The notes beneath the pieces are model-generated. The model had not been told where the DNA came from. It ran no database searches and was given only the letters and a program-made list of their open reading frames with translations. Of a stretch of 64,000 nt of DNA, positions 44,436-53,819 are shown one piece after another (position 1 is the stretch's first letter; the number at the start of each line of letters is the position of its first letter). The translations under genes and the position numbers were made by a program. The stretch covers positions 37,730 through 101,729 of the forward strand of contig JBAXJX010000002.1 of the NCBI GenBank assembly GCA_037137655.1. The letters are read 5' to 3'. This stretch comes from Candidatus Falkowbacteria bacterium (lineage in GTDB: Bacteria; Patescibacteriota; Patescibacteriia; Patescibacteriales; UBA12465).

Positions 44436-45590
44436 TTATTTCTTCCAATGATTTTTCCAGTGTTGCTGCCAAATCATAGCTTTAATTTTAATATAAACTT
44501 TCTCAGCTTTAATTTTTGTCGATCTAGTTGTCACATCATGCAAGGATCTAATAGCGCGAATAAATTCGCTTAGTCCTCTCTCAATATCATCCGGACTCCA
44601 AGCATTCGGTCCAAAGTTGTGAGTAAAGTCATGACCACTCGCCCACCAAAAAGTACAACTAGCTAGTCCGCGCACTAAATGCCATCTAGCCCAAACATAA
44701 TTATCATCAGCCTTATTGTCGGCAATAACTTTTTGAGTAAAATTGGCAAAATCCCAAAGCGCAATTTGAATTTTATTTTTTTTATTCCACCACAAAATAT
44801 AAGGCTCATTTTTTCTTAAATCACTTTCATTTGACTCCCATGAACAAGCCACTGGTTTAGCTTTTACAAGTTCGGCTTTAGCTACAAATTCGGAAAACAA
44901 TTCGGTACTAAAACTTTTAACTTTTAAAACTTTTTCTAATTCGGCTGTTGGGTCTTCATGGCGCAAACCGTAAAGCTCGGCGTCTGTGCCAGTAATAATT
45001 AAATTCTCTCCATCAAAAAAATCAATCAACTTATCTGGAATATAAGAATTGGAAAAAGCGCGAGAGCGGAAAACAATTTTTAAACCACTATTCTCATCTA
45101 GATAAACTTTAGAAAAATCCACTTGATTTAATTTTCCATTAAAGGCAATTTCATCTAGCACAATCCACTCATAACCGAGTTGTTTAATAATTTTAGCCGC
45201 CGTCACGCCATAAGCCATTTCTGGCATAAAAAATCCGCGTGGCTTAAAATCAGCGCCAAAATATTTACGCAAAATATCTTCGTTCTCTTTAATTTGAGCA
45301 ATAATTTCTTCTTCTGGCAATAAGGGTAAAAGTCCGTGGTAAGCGGCCGTGCCAGTAATTTCAATTTGCCCTTTGTCTAATAATTTTTTTAAACGCTCAA
45401 TCAGGTCAGTATAACCCAACTCCTCAAAGCGCAAAAATAAACACCCCGTAATATTTAGCGTAAACTTTATTTCTGGATGTTCTTCTAGGGCACGCACTAA
45501 GCGCAAGTAACTTTTTTCAGTTGCCTCTTTAACATGGTAAGCATCAGTATTAGCTGGTTGATATAAATGTAAAAAATTAATCCAACGCAT
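44436..45590 (-). CDS. Glycoside hydrolase family 57-like enzyme
   Basis: GH57-type N-terminus (INFLHLYQPANT, FTLNITGCL) and GTDAELYG. Adjacent to glgA. Confidence 0.75.
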   Translation of the reverse strand: MRWINFLHLYQPANTDAYHVKEATEKSYLRLVRALEEHPEIKFTLNITGCLFLRFEELGYTDLIERLKKLLDKGQIEITGTAAYHGLLPLLPEEEIIAQIKENEDILRKYFGADFKPRGFFMPEMAYGVTAAKIIKQLGYEWIVLDEIAFNGKLNQVDFSKVYLDENSGLKIVFRSRAFSNSYIPDKLIDFFDGENLIITGTDAELYGLRHEDPTAELEKVLKVKSFSTELFSEFVAKAELVKAKPVACSWESNESDLRKNEPYILWWNKKNKIQIALWDFANFTQKVIADNKADDNYVWARWHLVRGLASCTFWWASGHDFTHNFGPNAWSPDDIERGLSEFIRAIRSLHDVTTRSTKIKAEKVYIKIKAMIWQQHWKNHWKK

Positions 45591-45592
45591 AA

Positions 45593-47047
45593 TTATAAAT
45601 TTAAGGCCTTACGGTATAGTTTAATATATTTTTTAGCTGGAATCTCCCAGGAGCTAGACACTTCCATGGCGCGAACCACTAATTCTTGCCAATCATCATG
45701 GCGTTTATAATTTTCAATCGCCCGAATAATAGCGCCATAAAAATTAAACTCATCATTTTGTTTAAAGGTGAAACCAGTACCTTGATTAGTGCTTGGATTA
45801 TAATTACTGACTGTGTCATATAAACCACCCACCTCATGCACAATCGGGATACAACCATAACGCATCGCGATCAATTGGTTAATACCACATGGTTCATAAT
45901 GTGATGGTAGAATAAAAAAATCACTCCCAGCATAAATTGAGGTTTCCAATTTTTGGTTAAACGGTAACAAAGCCACTTTCTTCGGATATTTTTTGGCAAT
46001 CTTTTTTAAAGCTGAAGTATATTCCTTGGCACCATCACCCATAAAAATAAATTGAATATCCAAATGAACCAATTGATCCAAAATTTTTACAATTAAATCA
46101 TAACCCTTTTGCCAACTAATCCGAGAGGTTGAACAAAATATTGGTACCTGTGCTTCAACTGGTAAGCCAACTCTTTTCTGGAGCCATTTTTTATTTTCCG
46201 CCATGTTTTTTATTTCCTCATGACTATAATTCTTATAAATATTTTCATCTTTCTCTGGGTTGTAAGTGTTGTAATCAATACCATTGATAATACCAAAAAG
46301 GCGATCCTCGCGATTTTTTAAAATTCTATTTAAATCTTGACCAAAACGAGCGGTCATAATTTCAGTACGATATTTTTCAGATACGGTGTTAATAATATCG
46401 GCGGAAAAAATCGCGCGTTTGGCAAAGTTAATATTTTCTATTTGTGGGTTATTAAGATGGGGGATACGACTATGTCCGTAGTCACGCTCTTTAACTGGAA
46501 TTTCCCACCAATTATGCCCCAATTGAAAAACTAGATTATGAATTGTAAAAATTGATTTGGCATTTTCCAAAGTTTTAGAATAACGAAAACCTTTTTTCAA
46601 ATAAAATGGAATGAGCCCAGTTTGCCAATCATGACAGTGAATGATATCGGCCTTGTATTTTAACAAAGACAATAAGCGTAAAGCAGCAACATCAAAAACC
46701 ATGAAGCGCACATTTTCATGCGAAGAACCATAAATAACTTTGGAGCGGGAAAAATATTTGGCATTCTCCACAAAATAAACTGGTAAGCCTTCCATAGCAT
46801 AACCCTTCCAATAATTAACTGTAACTGTATCAACGGAATTTAAATTTATTTCGACATTAGAAAAAACTAATTTTAAATTATACTCTTTTTTATTTATAAC
46901 TTGACCGTAGAGTGGTGTGATAACCATCACATCATGCCCTAGACGTTTAATCGCCTTCGGCAAAGAACGGGCCACATCACCAAGACCACCAGTTTTAGAA
47001 AATGGTCCAACCTCCGCTGCAATGTGTACGATTTTTAGTTTCTTCAT
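45593..47047 (-). CDS. glgA: Glycogen/starch synthase (GT5)
   Basis: KIVHIAAEVGPFSKTGGLGDV, and the C-terminal EPCGINQL motif. Confidence 0.92.
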   Translation of the reverse strand: MKKLKIVHIAAEVGPFSKTGGLGDVARSLPKAIKRLGHDVMVITPLYGQVINKKEYNLKLVFSNVEINLNSVDTVTVNYWKGYAMEGLPVYFVENAKYFSRSKVIYGSSHENVRFMVFDVAALRLLSLLKYKADIIHCHDWQTGLIPFYLKKGFRYSKTLENAKSIFTIHNLVFQLGHNWWEIPVKERDYGHSRIPHLNNPQIENINFAKRAIFSADIINTVSEKYRTEIMTARFGQDLNRILKNREDRLFGIINGIDYNTYNPEKDENIYKNYSHEEIKNMAENKKWLQKRVGLPVEAQVPIFCSTSRISWQKGYDLIVKILDQLVHLDIQFIFMGDGAKEYTSALKKIAKKYPKKVALLPFNQKLETSIYAGSDFFILPSHYEPCGINQLIAMRYGCIPIVHEVGGLYDTVSNYNPSTNQGTGFTFKQNDEFNFYGAIIRAIENYKRHDDWQELVVRAMEVSSSWEIPAKKYIKLYRKALNL

Positions 47048-47050
47048 AAG

Positions 47051-47551
47051 TTATTTAATTTTATTTTCTTGCAATCTAAAGTCACAATAGCCACCAGCGC
47101 AAATAGCAATTGCCAGCGCATCAGCCGCATCATCCGGCTTAGGAATTTCTTTTAAATTCAAAAGCAGTTTTACCATTTTCTGCATTTGTTTTTTATCGGC
47201 TCCACCATAAGCAGTTGTTGCCTGTTTAACTTGATTAGGCGTAAACTCGTTAAACCTTATACTATTCTGTTTTAAAGTCAACAAAATCACGCCGCGCGCC
47301 TGCCCCACAGCCATAGCCGTTTTAACATTTTTAGAAAAAAACAAATCCTCCACAGCCGCTAATTCTGGTTTATACTTTTTTATAATTTTAGTGAGTTCTT
47401 GGTGTAGCGTATCTAAACGATCCGCCAAATCAGTTTTAGCTGGCGTTTTGATTGAACCATAAGTCAAACAAACAAACTTCCCATTAGGTAGTTTGTCGAT
47501 AAGACCGTAACCGGCATCGGCAATTCCCGGATCAATCCCCAAAATAATCAT
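47051..47551 (-). CDS. ruvC: Holliday junction resolvase RuvC
   Basis: MIILGIDPG, then AAVEDLFF and a C-terminal DAADALAIA. Confidence 0.92.
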   Translation of the reverse strand: MIILGIDPGIADAGYGLIDKLPNGKFVCLTYGSIKTPAKTDLADRLDTLHQELTKIIKKYKPELAAVEDLFFSKNVKTAMAVGQARGVILLTLKQNSIRFNEFTPNQVKQATTAYGGADKKQMQKMVKLLLNLKEIPKPDDAADALAIAICAGGYCDFRLQENKIK

Positions 47552-47565
47552 AATGAGTTTTGGTT

Positions 47566-48285
47566 TTAAGCGATGTTAGTATAATAGTCATTAACATCCT
47601 CATCATCCTCCAAAGCTTCAAAGATTTTATCCATCTTCAAAGTATCCTCTTCATTTAATTCTTGTTTTGTTTTGGCTACATACTCGAGTTCAGCTGATTC
47701 AATTTTAATACCTCGAGATTCTAATTCCTCTTTCATCTTATTTAAATCTTCCATTTTTACATAAATCACAAGGCCATCATCACTTTTATCCATATCCAAA
47801 ATTCCGGCATCAATTAATTCTAATTCTAAATCATCAGCATTTATTTTTTTAGCCTCAACTTCCGCAGCCGCAATCATGATTACGCCTTTTTGTTCAAAAT
47901 TCCAAATAACCGGACCAAAAGATCCACCTAATTTAGAAAATATATGACGCACATTAGCAGAGCTACGATTTTTATTATCAGTAATAACTTTAATTACAAA
48001 TTGAGTGTTATGTGGGCCAACTGCTTCATAATATAATTCCTCCACTTGGTCACCGCCCAACTCACCAGTACCTTTTTTAATCGCTCTTTCAATGTTATCT
48101 TTTGGCATTGAGGCAGCACGAGCCCGATCAATCGCCGAGCGTAAACTTGGATTAGCATCCGGATCGCCACCACGACGAGCCGCAATTGAAATAACATTAC
48201 CCATTTTAGTAAAAATTGCGCCACGTTTAGCGTCAACTAGTTCTTTTTGGCGATGGGTTGTCGCCCACTTGGAATGTCCTGACAT
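47566..48285 (-). CDS. yebC: YebC/PmpR-family transcriptional regulator
   Basis: MSGHSKWATTHRQK signature. Classic yebC-ruvC adjacency. Confidence 0.92.
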   Translation of the reverse strand: MSGHSKWATTHRQKELVDAKRGAIFTKMGNVISIAARRGGDPDANPSLRSAIDRARAASMPKDNIERAIKKGTGELGGDQVEELYYEAVGPHNTQFVIKVITDNKNRSSANVRHIFSKLGGSFGPVIWNFEQKGVIMIAAAEVEAKKINADDLELELIDAGILDMDKSDDGLVIYVKMEDLNKMKEELESRGIKIESAELEYVAKTKQELNEEDTLKMDKIFEALEDDEDVNDYYTNIA

Positions 48286-48440
48286 AAAATATAAAACTTA
48301 ATTATTTAAGATGCTTAATGCTTTAAAATTGTATAGTAATTATAAGAAAAAATCAACAAAAGACAATAGCGCCGACAACAGCATTAATTATAAGGACAAA
48401 AATTATTTTATTTGATATAATATGAATATAAAATAAACAT

Positions 48441-49355
48441 ATGAAAATACAAAATTTAAACAACATTGTTAATGAGTCTTTGGTTTTTTTTAGCAAAAAT
48501 TATCCAAGCAAATTAGATTTAAAAAAGTTTTCTTTTCCACTGGTAATTGGTAGTGGCAACGCTTACAACACCGGTTTAATATTGTTTAATGATCAACCAG
48601 CACTATTTGCCAATGAAAGTAATTTGAAAGAAACTTTAAATAATTATAATGAATTATTTAAGAAAAAAATTATTAAGGACGCCATAATTATTTCCGCTTC
48701 CGGCGCCAAGGATTCAGTCTGGGAAATAAAAGCCGCAAAAAAATTAAAACTAAATACGACGCTTTTAACTTGTGAAGTTGGTTCCGAGGCCGCTAAAACT
48801 GCCAATAAAGTTATTGTTTACAAAAAACTGCCCGAACCATATTCTTATAACGTTTCCACTTATCTGGGCATGATTCTGTCTAAGAGTCAGGAAGATCCAA
48901 AAAAAATTATTAGTTTCATAAAAAATACCCACCCAGCAAGAAATTTTAAAAAATATACCGCTATCGCCTTTATTGTGCCTGATGAATATGCAGCGATTTG
49001 TCATTTCATTCTCGCCAAAGCAGATGAGATTTTTGGACCACATGTTGCCATACGCGCTTTTACAGCTGGTGATGCCTGCCATGCCAAATTCATTAACCGT
49101 AGCACCAAAGAACTTGTTATCAGTTTTGGCAAAACTAATAACTTTTTTGGTGAACCCGACCATCGCCTAGATATTGAATTACCAAAATATGCCGGGCCAG
49201 CCCTGATGTTTTGCTTGGTTTATGCCTTACTCGGTAAAGTTCAAGAGTTAAAACCAGCTTATTTCAAGAAAAATATTAAAAACTATTGTACTGACTATGG
49301 TCCTAAAGCCTATGGCCATGATAAGCCCTTCACTGTAATCGTTCCAGGAAACTAG
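48441..49355 (+). CDS. Hypothetical protein (304 aa), possibly SIS-like
   Basis: ATG start. Promoter with TGATATAAT at 48411-48419. Weak resemblance to sugar-isomerase (SIS) folds (IIISASGAKDS). Confidence 0.6.
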   Translation: MKIQNLNNIVNESLVFFSKNYPSKLDLKKFSFPLVIGSGNAYNTGLILFNDQPALFANESNLKETLNNYNELFKKKIIKDAIIISASGAKDSVWEIKAAKKLKLNTTLLTCEVGSEAAKTANKVIVYKKLPEPYSYNVSTYLGMILSKSQEDPKKIISFIKNTHPARNFKKYTAIAFIVPDEYAAICHFILAKADEIFGPHVAIRAFTAGDACHAKFINRSTKELVISFGKTNNFFGEPDHRLDIELPKYAGPALMFCLVYALLGKVQELKPAYFKKNIKNYCTDYGPKAYGHDKPFTVIVPGN

Positions 49356-49482
49356 TAAATCTTATTATTAAAAATAGCCGCTAATATTAGCAGCTATTTT
49401 TTTAAATTAAGCCCAAAATAGCGCTTTATAAATTGACTAAATCAAGATAAAAATGATACGATACCTCCATATAAACAAATAA

Positions 49483-50907
49483 ATGAAAAATAATTTTTCC
49501 CTTAAACAACTTTTCCTAAATTTTCTAATAATCGTCGTCAAAATATTAATCCTGATAAAAAAAATCATTCTGGCTATTATTGTTTATATTATTTATAAAC
49601 CATTACGCCTTATCCTTTTATTTATTTTCAAGCGGCCAGTTATTCGTCTTTACAGCTGGTATATCCTGGGTTTAAAAAGATTGCGCGAATTCAATCAACG
49701 TCACAAAAATCAATACGCCATTTTTAATCGTTTATTTTCAGCACTCCTCATAGGTTCAATAACTATAATCGTTTTAATAAATAATTTTGCCAGTCGCTCT
49801 CATCCCGAAAGCCTTATTAATACAGCTCAAGCGGCGCCAATTTCCGGTTTAGTTAAGAATGAATTTGATGGTCAAATTTCATCTGACGAATTAATTACCG
49901 AGAACGCTGCCAATACTAAGCTCTGTGAGGATTTAAGCTCTAGCTACTCCAGTGATGCGATTTTAGCGCAACCACTACCGATCGTTAACACCAACGTTGA
50001 ACAAGTAATTCAAGATCAAAGCCAAACCTGTTTAAGTGGCGACCAGTCGGCGCTTGATAACTCTGGTGCTATAATCACAGGTGGCGTTATTGAAGGTGGT
50101 CAAAACACCCCAATCTCAACACCTGAAGTTGTTATAAAACGTGGTATCAGTAATTATACTGTAAAATCTGGTGAAACCATCAGCTCAATCGCTCGAAAAT
50201 TCAGTGTTAGTGTGAATACAATTTTATGGGCCAACAACCTTGGTGCTTATAGTACTATTCACGAGGGTAGTGTCTTGCGCATTCCGCCAACCTCCGGCGT
50301 TTTATACAAAGTGGTTAAGGGCGACAATATCAAAACTATTGCCAAAAAATACAATGTTAGCACTGAAAGTATTATTAGTAGCAACAACCTCAACGATTCT
50401 GGAAAATTAATCATTGGCCAAGAATTAGTATTGTCTGGCGCTAAAAAAATTGTTGATACTGTTCCAGTTTATATTAGCAAACCAAAACCAAGCCAAACAA
50501 TTAGCAATCCAAGTCAAAGTGAATTGGAGCCAGCCGCACCAAGTGGTACTAAATTATTATGGCCAACTCAAGGTTACCGTATTACTCAATATTATTCTTG
50601 GCGTCATACTGGTCTTGATATTGCTAATCACGTTGGTACTCCGCTTTATGCCGCTGAGGATGGTGTGGTTGAATTCTCCGGCTGGAACAATGGTGGCTAT
50701 GGTTACATGGTCTTTATTAATCATGGCGGTGGCACCAAAACTCGTTATGGTCATGCTTCAAAATTATTAGTGTCTGTGGGCGACCATGTTAAACGTGGCC
50801 AGATTGTCGCTTTAATGGGATCAACTGGACACTCAACTGGCCCACACATTCACTTTGAAGTTTACATAAACAACCAACGTGTGAACCCACTAAACTATAT
50901 TAGATAA
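49483..50907 (+). CDS. Membrane-anchored LysM-domain M23 metallopeptidase
   Basis: Two LysM repeats (YTVKSGETISSIARKF, YKVVKGDNIKTIAKKY). M23 motifs HTGLDIA and GSTGHSTGPHIHFEV. Confidence 0.9.
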   Translation: MKNNFSLKQLFLNFLIIVVKILILIKKIILAIIVYIIYKPLRLILLFIFKRPVIRLYSWYILGLKRLREFNQRHKNQYAIFNRLFSALLIGSITIIVLINNFASRSHPESLINTAQAAPISGLVKNEFDGQISSDELITENAANTKLCEDLSSSYSSDAILAQPLPIVNTNVEQVIQDQSQTCLSGDQSALDNSGAIITGGVIEGGQNTPISTPEVVIKRGISNYTVKSGETISSIARKFSVSVNTILWANNLGAYSTIHEGSVLRIPPTSGVLYKVVKGDNIKTIAKKYNVSTESIISSNNLNDSGKLIIGQELVLSGAKKIVDTVPVYISKPKPSQTISNPSQSELEPAAPSGTKLLWPTQGYRITQYYSWRHTGLDIANHVGTPLYAAEDGVVEFSGWNNGGYGYMVFINHGGGTKTRYGHASKLLVSVGDHVKRGQIVALMGSTGHSTGPHIHFEVYINNQRVNPLNYIR

Positions 50908-50934
50908 TAATTTATATTTTTTTAATTAACCCTT

Positions 50935-51177
50935 ATGTTTGTAATTTACGGCTTATTATTAATTGGACTTGGCTTCTTAGTTGTCCTAAAATCCGAATGG
51001 CTCCTAATAAACTTTGGGCGCATTGCCTGGTTTGAAAAACAGTTTGGCGCTGAGGGTGGGTCACGCTTAGGCTACAAATTACTGGGATTATTGGTAATTT
51101 TCTTTGGCTTACTAGAAATGACTGGCTCCCTAAGTAGCTTTATGGGATTTGTCTTATCACCACTTATTCAACGCTAA
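50935..51177 (+). CDS. Small membrane protein (80 aa)
   Basis: ATG start and two hydrophobic helices. Confidence 0.5.
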   Translation: MFVIYGLLLIGLGFLVVLKSEWLLINFGRIAWFEKQFGAEGGSRLGYKLLGLLVIFFGLLEMTGSLSSFMGFVLSPLIQR

Positions 51178-51228
51178 TGTTGACTTAATTTTTATGTTTG
51201 CTAACATGTAATAGTCAGTTATGATTTT

Positions 51229-51302
51229 GGGCCCTTAGCTCAGCTGGCTAGAGCATCTGCTTTGCAAGCAGAGGGTCATCGGTTCGAATCCGATAGGGTC
51301 CA
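51229..51302 (+). tRNA. tRNA-Ala (anticodon TGC)
   Basis: Acceptor GGGCCCT/AGGGTCC with G3:U70, anticodon loop TTTGCAA, T-loop GGTTCGAATCC. Confidence 0.9.
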
Positions 51303-51304
51303 CA

Positions 51305-51340
51305 AAAAAACCATCTAAATTTATTTAGATGGTTTTTTTA
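51305..51340 (+). terminator. Intrinsic terminator after tRNA-Ala
   Basis: CCATCTAAA-loop-TTTAGATGG followed by TTTTTTT. Confidence 0.75.
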
Positions 51341-51365
51341 TTGACAAAATCACACTCAAAGCCTA

Positions 51366-51396
51366 ACACGAAAACCAGATTTAAGTATCTGGTTTT
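51366..51396 (-). terminator. Intrinsic terminator of TrmB paralog 2
   Basis: AACCAGAT-ttaagt-ATCTGGTT next to the stop codon. Confidence 0.6.
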
Positions 51397-51397
51397 T

Positions 51398-52162
51398 TTA
51401 TTTAGACTTAATAAACTGTTTAGCTCCCAACCAGGCCAATTCAAAAACGTTTCTTTGAGCATCGGCAATTTCTTGGCTCTCAATAATTACGGCAAATTTT
51501 TCCTTCCAAGAGATGGTAAGAATTTTATTATTATAAATATTAGTTTCTGTAGAAAAATAAAATTTATTGCGAGGAACAACTAAAGATTCTCTTAATTCTT
51601 CTTTGTCTTTAGCGATTACTTTTAAGCTATCAAGATCATCTGGCGCAATTAACCTAATTTTAATACGGCGCTCAACTCTTTTTTTAAAATATTTTCTTAA
51701 ATATTCTTCTCCAACAGCCTCAAAAGCGTCAGCACCAACAGCATAACCCAATATTTCATTTTGGGCCGTTAAGGTATCCTCGTAAGCCTCTTTAACTCTT
51801 TCAAGCCCCTCATAAAACTTAACTTTCGGTTTCTCTTTAATATTATAAACGGATAGTAACTCGGGTAATAATAAATAGGCTTGTTTTAATTTTTCTTGGC
51901 TCTGTCTAATTCTATTCTCCAAAAAGGAAATTACCTTTTCTGGATTTTCGGCCACAAATTTTTGCACTTTAGTTTCGCCAATCGGATTAATCAAACCCTC
52001 ACTGACCAATGACTCTAAAATATCATAACCAGTGGTCCGATTTATTTTAGCGTTGCGCGAGATCTCTGTCGTGGTGGCTGGCCCTAACTCTAAGAGGGCC
52101 AAATAAACTCCAGCTTCTTTGTCGCTAAATCCTAGTTCAATTAATTGATTTTTATTTACCAT
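51398..52162 (-). CDS. TrmB-family winged-helix transcriptional regulator (paralog 2)
   Basis: LGFSDKEAGVYLALLELGPATTTEISRNAKINRTTGYDILESLVSEGLI. Confidence 0.8.
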   Translation of the reverse strand: MVNKNQLIELGFSDKEAGVYLALLELGPATTTEISRNAKINRTTGYDILESLVSEGLINPIGETKVQKFVAENPEKVISFLENRIRQSQEKLKQAYLLLPELLSVYNIKEKPKVKFYEGLERVKEAYEDTLTAQNEILGYAVGADAFEAVGEEYLRKYFKKRVERRIKIRLIAPDDLDSLKVIAKDKEELRESLVVPRNKFYFSTETNIYNNKILTISWKEKFAVIIESQEIADAQRNVFELAWLGAKQFIKSK

Positions 52163-52170
52163 ATATTTAT

Positions 52171-52198
52171 ATTATACACTAAATATAATTTGTGTCAA
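52171..52198 (-). promoter_or_regulatory. Promoter giving a (near-)leaderless TrmB paralog-2 mRNA
   Basis: On the minus strand, TTGACA, 16-nt spacer, TATAAT, with only 8 nt between the -10 and the ATG. Confidence 0.55.
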
Positions 52199-52269
52199 TA
52201 TATTTCCACAAATTTATTAAAATAATAACGTAGTTTTATCTCGATTAAAGCCATACTTGTGGATTACTA

Positions 52270-52298
52270 TTGACAAAACTAGAATAGTTTGCTATAAC
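52270..52298 (+). promoter_or_regulatory. Promoter of the 52340 ORF (divergent from TrmB paralog 2)
   Basis: TTGACA, 17-nt spacer ending in TGC, TATAAC. Confidence 0.6.
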
Positions 52299-52339
52299 TG
52301 TCAATACAAAAAGGTCATTAACAATTTAAAATAAAAATT

Positions 52340-52891
52340 ATGAAAAAAATTGAAGTTTACAACTTTAAAGTTGATAGCACAAAAACATTTGAAGAAATGG
52401 TTAGTGCTGGTAATTATGATTGGAAAAATGTTGATGTTGAATCCGGAAATTTTCCATTACCAGAAGATTTTAAAACTACTGAACTGGTTGGAAAGTTTTT
52501 TGACTTCGGCGTTGACAACAGAGACCCCGTTAAAAACGTTGAAGAAAAAATCAAAGTTGATGGTTTTAGACCGGCGACATCGACAGAGCTCCTTGCTTTT
52601 GGGGCAACTCACCCAGAAGTTCAAAAAACTTTTCCAATAATAGCACTTGGAACGAGACATACTGCATATTATGAAAATGCCACCTGCTTATGCCTATATC
52701 CTTGCTCGACAAAACGAGTGCCTGGTCAACGCGGCCTTGGTGTTCATTATTATGCTTTTGGAGGTCGAGAAAAGAATCTTCACGCCCTAGGCGTCAAAGA
52801 AGTCGGAGTTAATTCAGATCTTCATCAATCACCAAAGAAATTCCCATTTTTAAATTTAGTTATCGGATTGTTTAGAAAAAAATCTAAATAA
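52340..52891 (+). CDS. Hypothetical protein (183 aa)
   Basis: ATG start with its own consensus promoter and terminator. No recognisable domain. Confidence 0.65.
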   Translation: MKKIEVYNFKVDSTKTFEEMVSAGNYDWKNVDVESGNFPLPEDFKTTELVGKFFDFGVDNRDPVKNVEEKIKVDGFRPATSTELLAFGATHPEVQKTFPIIALGTRHTAYYENATCLCLYPCSTKRVPGQRGLGVHYYAFGGREKNLHALGVKEVGVNSDLHQSPKKFPFLNLVIGLFRKKSK

Positions 52892-52902
52892 TAGCTATTA
52901 AT

Positions 52903-52941
52903 AAAAAAGTCTCGTTATCACAACGAGACTTTTGTTTTTTT
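52903..52941. terminator. Bidirectional terminator
   Basis: AAGTCTCGTT-loop-AACGAGACTT flanked by A and T runs, between convergent genes. Confidence 0.7.
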
Positions 52942-52950
52942 AAAAATGTT

Positions 52951-53694
52951 TTATTTTACGGCTTCGTATTTATTAATAGTTCTAAGCTCAGATTCTCCGA
53001 TATTTAGATTAATAAATTTTACCGCCAAGGAAATCCGATTTTCACCATGTAATGATTTCCAGATGTTTTGGGCAACAGTATCAATATCACCTTCCAGCGG
53101 CAACAAATATGGATCACCGCTAAACGACGGCAGTGGATCACCATCACCATCATAAGTGGTCATACAATAACCAAGCCCAGGAGAATTAACCGCCAAATCA
53201 TACAAATAGCTATCGCAATCTTCGCTAAATGGTGACTTTTTTAAAATCAGCATTTTAGCCATCATGCCGCCATTAACTTTTTTATCAAAATCAAATAAAG
53301 CGGTAATGCGTGGTGTGTAGTTTGGGGCGTCTGGCTCATACTGCCAAGTTTCCATCAAATCTTCCATGCCGTTGGTAGCTAAGGCTGGTATGGTTTGATG
53401 TCCATTACTGACAGCATATTTAGTTAAAGTTTCAGACATGGCCGTATAAATTATCAAGCTCGGATCTTTAACTTTGCCTGGATCAGCTGGGGCAGTTTTT
53501 AAAACACCACCAGACCCTTGCACAAAAATCCGATTACGACTATTTTCACTTCGTCCCATAATCCAATAAACCTGAATTAAGTACTGACCGCTTTCATCAA
53601 GACCAACAATAATTCCGCGCCCTGGGTAAGAATTCGCTTTTAAGGCTAAAAGATTTTCTTTAGCTTCATCTTTTGGTTGTAATTTTAAATTCAT
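52951..53694 (-). CDS. IMP cyclohydrolase-like protein (archaeal PurO family)
   Basis: YPGRGIIVG..GRSENSRNR, VSNGHQT and YEPDAPNYTPRITA line up with PurO motifs (recalled, not searched). Perfect GGAGG SD 6 nt upstream. Confidence 0.65.
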   Translation of the reverse strand: MNLKLQPKDEAKENLLALKANSYPGRGIIVGLDESGQYLIQVYWIMGRSENSRNRIFVQGSGGVLKTAPADPGKVKDPSLIIYTAMSETLTKYAVSNGHQTIPALATNGMEDLMETWQYEPDAPNYTPRITALFDFDKKVNGGMMAKMLILKKSPFSEDCDSYLYDLAVNSPGLGYCMTTYDGDGDPLPSFSGDPYLLPLEGDIDTVAQNIWKSLHGENRISLAVKFINLNIGESELRTINKYEAVK

Positions 53695-53730
53695 CTGTAA
53701 ACCTCCTAAAATTTAATTGTTAATTTACTA

Positions 53731-53747
53731 AAATTGCATTTTGCAAT
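53731..53747. promoter_or_regulatory. Perfect palindrome (candidate operator) in the 5' UTR of the PurO-like gene
   Basis: AATTGCA-ttt-TGCAATT lies just downstream of the -10 element. Confidence 0.3.
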
Positions 53748-53753
53748 TCAAAA

Positions 53754-53782
53754 TAAGTTATCAAGATTATTTATATTTGTCA
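53754..53782 (-). promoter_or_regulatory. Promoter of the PurO-like gene
   Basis: On the minus strand, TTGACA, 17-nt spacer ending in TGA, TAACTT. Confidence 0.55.
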
Positions 53783-53783
53783 A

Positions 53784-53812
53784 ATAAAAAACCCGACATT
53801 TTTGCCGGGTTA
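53784..53812 (-). terminator. Intrinsic terminator of the HD-domain gene
   Basis: On the minus strand, AACCCGGC-loop-GTCGGGTT followed by TTTTTT. Confidence 0.7.
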
Positions 53813-53819
53813 AGGTTTT

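Noticed and set aside
51329-51583. 84-aa plus-strand ORF after tRNA-Ala
   Set aside because: It starts inside one terminator, runs across a second terminator, and lies antisense to the 3' end of the TrmB paralog.
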